From a virus (Duplodnaviria; Caudoviricetes): DNA of 36,381 bases. The DNA lies in the IMG/VR virus record IMGVR_UViG_3300032116_000646, positions 1 to 36,381 of that record. One strand, 5' to 3'. How positions within the stretch are numbered: position 1 is the stretch's first letter; each line of letters starts with the position of its first letter. A model generated the notes under the pieces. The model made no database searches. It was not told the origin of the DNA and worked only from the letters and a program-made list of their open reading frames with translations. Both the position numbers and the translations under genes were made by a program. Of this stretch, positions 6,964 through 15,000 are shown one piece after another.

Positions 6964-8150
6964 AGCTGGCTCACCGTCACAAAGCCTGCGCCGAGGTTTT
7001 TCTGAAGCGGGCGATAGTAGATCGTCGTAATCGGACCCTCGCCACCCGCCACGGTGCCAACCGTGACACCCGTCATCACGTTGCCGGTCGCGGCCACATA
7101 CTTGGTCGACGAGGCAAACGAGGACGTACTGGCTTCACTGCCGAGCCGCGTATCGGATTGACCGCCAGCCTGCGTTTCCCAGGCGGGATTTGCGCCCGCG
7201 CCGTTGGTTTTGAGAAACTGCCCGCTGGTGCCGGCCGGCAGCGCAACCCACGCCGAAGCATTGCGGTAGAGAATATCGCCTTGCGTGGCGCTGATGAAGT
7301 CAAGCACCTGCGTTCCGGTGACTTCTTCGACAATTCCCGCGCCAGACGAGACGCGACCCAGCACCCGGCTGGTAGCGGTAACATCCTGAATTTTGGCGTA
7401 GGTCACTGCGTCAGCCGCAATATCGCTGGTGCCGATGCTGCTGGCCGTGGCCAAGGCACTGAGCCCAAGTGTCGTTCTCTGGTCCGATGCGCTGGCATCA
7501 TCCAACAGCGCCGCACCCGCCGCCGTGATCGTATAGGTCGAGTTTTTGATGATTTTGCCGGTGCCGCCGTCAAACAGCGCAATCGCATCAGCCGTGGCCG
7601 AGGCGGGGCCAACCACATCGCCCGAGCCTGCGCCGCTGGCGCCCGTGGCGCCGCGCGGGATAGTCAGATTGAGCGTGTAATCGGGGGCCTCGCCCGTCAG
7701 CGTGGCGCTGGCGCTGGACCCGGCTGCGCCCGTGGTGACGGTGCCGATCTCAAGCGAAAGATCCCCCACGGCATCAAGCTCGGCCTTTGTGGCTCGCTCC
7801 TGCACCATCAGCGTCAGCTTGTCGAAGCTAAATTCCACGGTCGATTGCGGGAAGGCATCAAAGGCGCCCCAGGCCGTGGCCTGCGTTTGCGGCGTCGCGC
7901 GCTCGATGCGCAGCGTGGTGCCGGTCGCCGGGGCCGTCAGCATCGTCACCGTGCCCGTGGCCGGCGTCGTGGTGCCGCCACCCGAGACGGTGTAATGTGT
8001 GGTAATGGTTTTGACGGTCTCGACGCCATCCGCGTCGATCGCGGTAACGATCAGCGAGCCAGTCAGAAACGGCCACGTCACCGCAAACGCGGTGGTTGCA
8101 TCATTCCCGCTGTAAGTCAGCGCTGAATAGGTGGTCGTCGCAACGGTCAT
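6960..8150 (-). CDS. Tail fibre protein
   Basis: T7 gp17-like N-terminal anchor (YSGNDATTAFAVTWPF...TAPATGTTLRIER...FDKLTLMVQE), fibre repeats, tip motif RLG...GNVMTG...YYRPLQK. Confidence 0.88.
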   Translation of the reverse strand: MTVATTTYSALTYSGNDATTAFAVTWPFLTGSLIVTAIDADGVETVKTITTHYTVSGGGTTTPATGTVTMLTAPATGTTLRIERATPQTQATAWGAFDAFPQSTVEFSFDKLTLMVQERATKAELDAVGDLSLEIGTVTTGAAGSSASATLTGEAPDYTLNLTIPRGATGASGAGSGDVVGPASATADAIALFDGGTGKIIKNSTYTITAAGAALLDDASASDQRTTLGLSALATASSIGTSDIAADAVTYAKIQDVTATSRVLGRVSSGAGIVEEVTGTQVLDFISATQGDILYRNASAWVALPAGTSGQFLKTNGAGANPAWETQAGGQSDTRLGSEASTSSFASSTKYVAATGNVMTGVTVGTVAGGEGPITTIYYRPLQKNLGAGFVTVSQL

Positions 8151-8165
8151 GCGTGGGCCTCCCGT

Positions 8166-8296
8166 GAATCGATCAGGACGCGACGCAACGACACCAAAAG
8201 CGGAGGGATGAGACCGGGGCGGATTGTCGACGACAGGGCGTCGGTCCAGCGCGAATCAGTCGCCGCGACACTAACATGGCCCGCTGTCAAGCGGTA
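8166..8296 (-). repeat. Intergenic repeat copy A (promoter-like box plus structured leader upstream of the tail fibre)
   Basis: Shares ordered blocks GAATC, GGACGCRACGCAAC, GGATTGTCG, CGGTC, AATCAGTC, TGTCAAG.GGTA with 11902-12027. Confidence 0.8.
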
Positions 8297-8299
8297 CTG

Positions 8300-9058
8300 T
8301 TAAGCCGCCTTGCGGGTGGTCAACAATTCGATAACGCGCAGCACTTCAACAATATCGTTGGTCTTCACGGACGCGGGTCGCGCGCGGCCCGTGCCATGGG
8401 CGCAGTCCACGCTCAGAGGCACCACCACGGCGAGGCTGGCCGAAGACGTGCGGCCCCGCCCCTCGATGGTCAGGCACGGCCATTCCAGGGACACGGGCCG
8501 CGTCCGACTGCCTCGCCCGGTGGCAGGCTTGGCCCGCAGAAATACCGTGTCATCATCGGCCCGGCGCCAGCGGCCGGAGCCGGCCATGGCCCCGCCGGTT
8601 TCGGCCTTGGGTGGCCTCGTGGCGACCGTTGCCAGTTCGGCCGTCTGCGACACGCTGTCGAGCGTTTGTGCCGCTTCGGCAGTAATTGGCGCAAGCTCAC
8701 CAAGCGTGGCCGATTGCGCAATCGAGGCAAGTGTCTGGCTGGCACTGGCTTCGACAATGACGGATGCCGCTGCCGATTGCGACACGCTGGCCAACGTCTG
8801 CGCCGCGCTGGCCGCGACAACGACAGCCGCCGCTGCGGTTTGAGATACACTGGCGAGGCTTTGCGCCGCACTGGCGTCGACCACAACCGATGCGGACGCC
8901 GATTGCGTGACGCTGGCCAAGGTCTGCGCCGCTGTCGCCTGCACAATGACCGAGGCGGACGCGCTTTGGCTGACCGACGCTAACGTCTGGTCGGCCGACG
9001 CGGAAATATCTCCCGCCGCAGATTCCAGATTGAGCTGTAGCGTCGTTAGTAACGTCAT
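8300..9058 (-). CDS. Ala/Ser-rich repeat protein, probably a virion fibre or decoration component
   Basis: Six ~21-aa repeats of type ASAAQTLASVSQSAAASVIVx. Operon position. Confidence 0.7.
   Translation of the reverse strand: MTLLTTLQLNLESAAGDISASADQTLASVSQSASASVIVQATAAQTLASVTQSASASVVVDASAAQSLASVSQTAAAAVVVAASAAQTLASVSQSAAASVIVEASASQTLASIAQSATLGELAPITAEAAQTLDSVSQTAELATVATRPPKAETGGAMAGSGRWRRADDDTVFLRAKPATGRGSRTRPVSLEWPCLTIEGRGRTSSASLAVVVPLSVDCAHGTGRARPASVKTNDIVEVLRVIELLTTRKAA
8631..9001 (-). repeat. Six tandem ~63-bp coding repeats
   Basis: ASADQTLASVSQSASASVIVQ / ATAAQTLASVTQSASASVVVD / ASAAQSLASVSQTAAAAVVVA / ASAAQTLASVSQSAAASVIVE / ASASQTLASIAQSA.. / AEAAQTLDSVSQTAE. Confidence 0.9.
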
Positions 9059-9062
9059 GCGA

Positions 9063-9782
9063 TTAGCGCGCCCATGGGATGATGCCCGCGCCGATCATGT
9101 CCTTAAGCGCGGTCGCGGGCGGGGTCGTGGTATCTAGTTCCAACCCGATCTCGTTGTGATCGGTCAGCGCGCCGCCACTCCAACTGAACAGCGTCGCCGT
9201 ATTCCCTGCATCATCCCAGCAAACTTGGATGCCTGTCGTCGGCGTGGCCCAGCCCGTGTCGTCGGCTTCGGTGAACCCGGTCGGCGAGGTCAGGGCCGGC
9301 GGGTTGTCCTCGCCCATCACGGCTAGGATAACTGGGTTGCTGGTGTCGGTGGTGGCGCTAAAGGTAATCGTCGGCGGGTTTTCGGTTTGGGTGCTTTCGC
9401 CGATCGACTGCTTGACCGCTTGCGAGCCCGTGCGCGTCATCCCCGAAAAACGCAGCACCGTCAGCCCGCCGCCCGTGTCGCCCGTGTTGGTGGCGGTAAA
9501 CGTGGTGCTTGTGGCCGATGAAATCAGCGCATTCCGCACCGAAATCCAAAGTGCACCAGCCGTGCCGCCGCCGTTCGAAAGCGGCGTCGTCGCCGTGCCG
9601 ATCTTGTGATACGTCCCGCCGCCGCCCGCGTTGTTGTCGGTGATCGTGCTGTCGTCTCCCGAGGCCCAGCCCGACATGCCATGCACAACGACAATCAGAT
9701 CATTCAACGCAGGGGTTGCGACGACGGTCTTGTTGCCCGCCGTTGTGTTCCATGTGCCGCCTGCGTCGGTGCCCGTCGCCAT
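9063..9782 (-). CDS. Thr/Gly-rich beta-sandwich-like putative virion protein (239 aa)
   Basis: Composition and alternating hydrophobic strands. Tightly packed in the operon. Confidence 0.65.
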   Translation of the reverse strand: MATGTDAGGTWNTTAGNKTVVATPALNDLIVVVHGMSGWASGDDSTITDNNAGGGGTYHKIGTATTPLSNGGGTAGALWISVRNALISSATSTTFTATNTGDTGGGLTVLRFSGMTRTGSQAVKQSIGESTQTENPPTITFSATTDTSNPVILAVMGEDNPPALTSPTGFTEADDTGWATPTTGIQVCWDDAGNTATLFSWSGGALTDHNEIGLELDTTTPPATALKDMIGAGIIPWAR

Positions 9783-9788
9783 ACGCGC

Positions 9789-11102
9789 TTAGCTTTCAAT
9801 CGTGAAGTAAGAAAACGTCACGGTAACGAACCCGCCAACCGGGTCCTCGCACGTCAGCCGCAATTCTTCTCCATCCGCGCCGATGCCAATCAAGCCCGCA
9901 CCCGACCCTATGACCAAGCCCGATCCTGCCGCAATACCCTCGTGATCAAGCAAAACGCCGTTGGCACCAGTCGTGCTATCGGCCGGAATAGTGGTAGCGC
10001 CAAACCCGATCTTGACCGCCGTCGGGTTGGTGTTGCCGGCATCGCAGGTCACGGTAAGCATGGTCACGGCCACCTTTGTGCCAGCCGCAATCGTGCCAAC
10101 CATCGTCGCATCAGTTTGTGCGCCGTCTGCGTCGGCAATGCGCACCGAGCGCGTGATGATGTTGGGATGCCCGCCAATCGTCCAGAGGACGCCATGACGG
10201 TTTGCATACAGGTCCGTTCGATCCGCTGCGGCAACTGCGGTAGGGTTGGTGCCATGCGCCAGCGCCTTGGCGCCGACTTTGAGCGGCTTTGATGTGCTAT
10301 CGGGAGAGTCGTGGGCGATGTCGCCCTCGATGTCGAGTAGTCCGGTCGTATCCGACGCCAGTGTCACACGTAGCGCCGTTGCAGCCGTCCCGTTGCCCGT
10401 TGTCGAGAGAGGCGCGGGAACGCTCAGCACGTCCACGTCGCCGATGTTGTTGGTTCCGGCCGCCAAGTTTGCGGTTACGGTGCCATCGACTGTTAGCGAT
10501 GCGCCATTGTCATCGACCGAAACTACACCCGTCGAATCTGAGGCCAGCGTCACGCGCAGCGCCGTGGCTTCCGTGCCGCCACCCGTCGTCGAGAGCGGCG
10601 CCGGGACGGACAACACATCCACGTCACCGATGTTGTTCGTGCCAGCGGCCAAGTTCGCAGTCACGGTGCCGTCTACGGTCAAAGACCCGCCACCGTCCGC
10701 CACGGTGACGGTGCCGCTGACAGCGACCGTTCCGTCGACCGTCAACGATCCGCCGTTGTCTGACACGGGCACAACGTCGTCAGTCGCGATCGTCACACGT
10801 TGCACGGTCGCACCGCGCGCGCCAGACCCGAACGCCGGCGCGACGCCGTTAATCGTCAATACGTCCACGTCGCCGATGTTGTTCGTGCCAGCGGCAAGGT
10901 TAGCCGTCACGGTGCCGTCGACAGTAAGCGAGGCCCCGTTGTCGCTGACCGGCATCGCGTTGGACGACGACACGTCGCCATCGTTCACGCCATCGGCGCC
11001 AAGCGTGATCTTCACGCGCTGGTATTTGACGCCAGGCCCGATGTCATCGGAGGCAATCACATCGCCGCCGGTCCCGGAATTGAGTGTTGTGTTGTCTGCC
11101 AT
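9789..11102 (-). CDS. Repeat-containing putative fibre protein (437 aa)
   Basis: ATG 11102 coupled by TGATG to the upstream gene. Repeats SLTVDGTVTANLAAGTNNIGDVDVL x3. Globular C-terminal domain. Confidence 0.75.
   Translation of the reverse strand: MADNTTLNSGTGGDVIASDDIGPGVKYQRVKITLGADGVNDGDVSSSNAMPVSDNGASLTVDGTVTANLAAGTNNIGDVDVLTINGVAPAFGSGARGATVQRVTIATDDVVPVSDNGGSLTVDGTVAVSGTVTVADGGGSLTVDGTVTANLAAGTNNIGDVDVLSVPAPLSTTGGGTEATALRVTLASDSTGVVSVDDNGASLTVDGTVTANLAAGTNNIGDVDVLSVPAPLSTTGNGTAATALRVTLASDTTGLLDIEGDIAHDSPDSTSKPLKVGAKALAHGTNPTAVAAADRTDLYANRHGVLWTIGGHPNIITRSVRIADADGAQTDATMVGTIAAGTKVAVTMLTVTCDAGNTNPTAVKIGFGATTIPADSTTGANGVLLDHEGIAAGSGLVIGSGAGLIGIGADGEELRLTCEDPVGGFVTVTFSYFTIES
10341..10943 (-). 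repeat. Intragenic repeats (~60-aa period plus shorter SLTVDGTV units)
   Basis: Two near-identical copies of SLTVDGTVTANLAAGTNNIGDVDVLSVPAPLSTTGxGTxATALRVTLASDxTG and one diverged copy. Confidence 0.9.
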
Positions 11103-11509
11103 CAGGCGTTGCCGTCCGTGATCGTCCAAGACGTGATGTTGACGGCTTGGCCGGTGGCAATAGACGTGTTGCTAACCGTCATATCCCCACCGCCACCGCT
11201 CGCCGTCACGCTACCCTGCATGTGGCAGGTCGTGCCGTTCGAGGCATAGACCCGATAATGGCCGGCCGTTCCATCCGCCAATCCCGTCCCGCTGATCGGC
11301 GTGCTCGAAAAGGCCTTAGAGCCTGCTGCGGCAGCCCCCGCCCAATCCGACGCCAACGTGTAAGACACCAATTCGGTGCCGCTATTGGCAGCTCCCGTGT
11401 TGGCGGGTTGGGCGCCGGTAAAAATCTTGACCACGGCGGTCGCGCCGATTGCCGTCTCGATCGCGTCAAGACGGGCGTTGCGCACCGTCTCCGACATTTG
11501 AACCGTCAT
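11102..11509 (-). CDS. Small beta-rich phage structural protein (135 aa)
   Basis: RNARLDAI...KIFTGAQPA...GTAGHYR...QGSV...GDM..SNTSIATGQAVNITSWTIT, a recurrent phage virion-protein pattern. GAGAG SD. Confidence 0.75.
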   Translation of the reverse strand: MTVQMSETVRNARLDAIETAIGATAVVKIFTGAQPANTGAANSGTELVSYTLASDWAGAAAAGSKAFSSTPISGTGLADGTAGHYRVYASNGTTCHMQGSVTASGGGGDMTVSNTSIATGQAVNITSWTITDGNA

Positions 11510-11536
11510 GCGTCACTCTCCTTAATGCCGCCGAGG

Positions 11537-11884
11537 TCAGCGGAGCAATTCGACTTCCAACTCGGGCAAGCGGAACAGCACGCCCGGCGTCACGGCTTTG
11601 GCATCCTCAATAGGTCCACTTGCGAGAACTTGAGATTGGCCGGAGAGCACCCAAAACTGTGGGCGGCCCCGGCGGGTGGCAGACCCCTCAACCGCGCCGA
11701 CCGTCACCTTGCGGCCCGCCTCGCACGGCTCGATCGCTGAGACCTTGAAGGCGCCCGTCACTGAGCCAAGGCTGGCGGATTGCAATTCGGAAAAGGATCT
11801 GGGCTCGCGCTCGCAAATGTCGATGCGGGAGAGCGTCTTGGCGATAACGGAGAGGCCGTTATCCAGCACGGTGTCGCCGATCAT
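11537..11884 (-). CDS. Small phage protein (115 aa), probably the same fold family as the neighbouring 135-aa protein
   Basis: DTVLDNGL..RIDICEREP...GRKVTV...VLASG...VTPG..F pattern. AAGGG SD. Confidence 0.65.
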   Translation of the reverse strand: MIGDTVLDNGLSVIAKTLSRIDICEREPRSFSELQSASLGSVTGAFKVSAIEPCEAGRKVTVGAVEGSATRRGRPQFWVLSGQSQVLASGPIEDAKAVTPGVLFRLPELEVELLR

Positions 11885-11901
11885 GCGGTGCCCTTGGTCT
11901 G

Positions 11902-12027
11902 GAATCCCGGACGCAACGCAACAAACGGCAGAAATGGGGGAGCGACGGTTGCCGGGATTGTCGGCCTATGGCCGGTCAGGGCAAATCAGTCTGTGCAAAC
12001 TCTACCAAAATCGCCTGTCAAGGGGTA
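11902..12027 (-). repeat. Intergenic repeat copy B
   Basis: Homologous to 8166-8296, with compensatory changes in the central hairpin. Confidence 0.8.
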
Positions 12028-12032
12028 GCGAT

Positions 12033-15000
12033 TTAGCCCAATGCTCCACCGACACGGGGCTTCATTTTCGGCAAATCGAACTGCTCGATGATCTGGTCCT
12101 CGACGTTGCGGATGATCTTGCCGAGATAGAACAGGTTCTGGTACGGGATCAGCCGCCGCATCGCCCGCAAATCCGACTGACGAATATCCCCGGAGGCCGC
12201 GCCGCCGAAGGCTTGCAGAATGTCCTGCAAGGCGCCCGCCGATGGCCCAGCCAGCGCGCTCGATACGTTCTGCGATTTGTAGCGGCTGATCGGTTCTTTT
12301 GCCCCTACCAAGCGTTGCACACCGATGGTGCCGCGTGAGGCCCGGTACATCAGATGGTCGGCATCATAGAGCCAGCCGGTTAGGCCCGAGTTGCCAACGC
12401 CCGCATAGATCAACTGCTCCGTGCTCTTGGGCAACTCCTTATCGAAGGCCAGCGCCTTGAGGTATTCGACCGCAACCCCCAACGCGACAGCCATCATGGC
12501 CCCGACGTAAACGCCCGCATCGCGTTGCTGGATCGCCGCCAGCGTCACCCGCTGCACGCTGACCAAGCCGAACGACTTGAACTGGCCGATGATCGAGCCG
12601 GTCTGTGTCGACATCCACAACGGCTTTTCCTGGCCCGGCGACACAATGATCCGATCCACATCACCAACAATCGCCGCCCGGTAGGAATTGCGGGCGATGT
12701 CATCGGTCCAGGCGTCGGTGTTGGCGATCATCACCTTGCCTTCAATCTCGCCGTGCTGCATGAACTGCGTCCAGATCCGCTGCATGATCTCAGGATCAAG
12801 CCCGGATTTGGCCATGCGCGTGGTCATGCCCTTGGACAGCGCCTTGCCATCCGAAACATCGCGGGCCGCGCGCAGGATGTTGGTTTGCACGATGAATCCG
12901 GCCCATTGCTTGGCCGCAGCGTTCCACGGCGCCATGAGAGAGACAATCCCATAATTGCCTTGCAGGGCTTCGATACCGCGCTCGAATTTGGAGTGCGCGC
13001 CAAAATTGTCCATCATGTCGGCGATGCCCAAAGCGCGGCTATCCAGAACCATGTCCGCCGCCGTACCGGCCAGCTTCACCTCTTCCATGGATTTGCGCAC
13101 GGCTTTGAAGTTCGCAAGCGCCTGCACCATACCGTCGAGGTTGTTGCCGATGCCGTTGACCATGACGTGCCGGGCCAGATCGGGAATGGCCGAGATCGTC
13201 ATGCCACCCATCAGGCGCAGATAATTGATGGATTTGACCATGCGCGCGAGTCGCGGGATGCGTCCCGAGGCGTCTTCGGGCAGGGCGTAGGCATGCCGCA
13301 AGCGGTCGGACATCGCCTGCAAATCCCGCATGTCCCGATCGGCCATCTTTTGAATGGCCAGATGCTCGGCCTCCAGGCCCTCGATTTTCTCGATCGCGGC
13401 TTTCATGTCCGGGGTGACCTCCGCGGAACGCCCCGTGCGCATGAGCTTGCGGGCTTCGGTGGCTGTTTCGCCCAGGCGCGTGAATTCAGCTTCCGACATC
13501 TTGGCGTCTTGTAGAACGCGGCGCTTCAAGGCGTTGGCCTCGTCCTGGATTTTCATCTTGGTTTCGGACAGTTCCAGGTCGCCGAACTCGCGCATCAGCG
13601 CCACATCGGGTGCCACCGACCGGGTGTAGTAGCGGGCCAGCCGCTCCACGTCATGATCGAGGAAGTCCATGATTTCTTCATCGGGGATCTTGAGCGTGCG
13701 CTCTTGCAGCGGCCCGCCCAACTGGCGCATGGGATCGCGGCCCGTCAGCGGCGAATGCGGATCGATGACACGGCCCGCAGGCGAGCGCGTGATCTTTGAC
13801 GCCGCGTCCTGGGCGATCTGCTTCAGCTCATAGTCGCTCATGTCCGCAAACTTGCGCAGTTCCACGAGCTTGGCCCGAAGCTCATTGATTTCCTGCTTCG
13901 GTGTTTTCGGCTTTTTCGGCTTTTCCGCGCCGCCTTTTTCGGCATCCGCCAAGGCAAAGCGCGGGCCGTCGCCGCTCAAGGCGCGGGCCACAACGTCCTG
14001 AAGCTGCTCCACCATATCCGGCGAAGCTTTCAGGACGTCGATGGCCTGATCGACAACAGCCCTCGCCTGCGCCCCCGGCAAGCCCAACCCCTCCAAGGCC
14101 CGGCTTGCGGCAACCCGCACTTCCGCTTCCTGGTCCGCAACGGCCTTTTGTGCCGCCGTCAACAAGCCCCGGATGTTGCCCATGGCATCGCGGTCGATGC
14201 TGTAGGCGCGGCCCTGGTACTCGACGCCGCTCAACATGCCATCGGCATCGCGCGTGAACTTGATATTGGGCGCCGTGTCTGTCGCCCCAACCACGCGGCC
14301 CGCCTCGTCCATGACCATGCTGAAATCGGGCAGGCCGCGCTCAGGGGCAAGGTTGCGCAAGGCGTCGAGGTACGGCGCCAAAATGCCTTGCAGTTCGCCC
14401 GTGGCCGCTGCGGGATCTATCTGCGGCGTTGGGGCGGCGGCTTGTGGGGCTGGCCGCAGCGTGCTCGCCAACTGCTCATCGGTGCGGATGCCCGACTGGC
14501 GCAGGCGGTAGCCCACCTGATCCAGCAGGCCCCAGGTCCGCGTCATGGCGCCGTCGATGTCCGGCGAGAACGACGCACCTGCCCGGCCCTCGCGCATCAT
14601 CTGCGCCATGGCTTCGCGGGTTAGCGCCTCTTCGACCTGCTCGGTGGCATCAGGCCCGAACTTGGCCTCGAACCGGGCCTGGTGTGCGGCATCCGTCCGG
14701 TAGATCGGGCGGAGCTTTTCGGCTCGCTTGGACATGGCCCGCCACTCGTCATCGGTCACCAAACCAAGCGCCTTGATGTCTGCCATGTCCTCGGCATGCA
14801 CGGTGCCCTTGCGGGCGGTGGTGCGCAGCGCGGTGGTGGCCAGGGTTTCGAAGGCTTGGGCCTGATCGAGTTCCGAGCGCGCGATGGCGTTGCGGACAGC
14901 GCGCGGGAGTTGGGCCATGCCACGTCGGATCTCGTTGGCGACGGGCTGCAAGGCAGGCGGGAGGTCCGGTGCCGGCTCGGCCCGCATGGCGAACATGGGT

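Noticed and set aside
8631-10943. CRISPR-like periodicity
   Set aside because: The repeats are in-frame coding repeats with synonymous variation, without unique spacers or cas genes.
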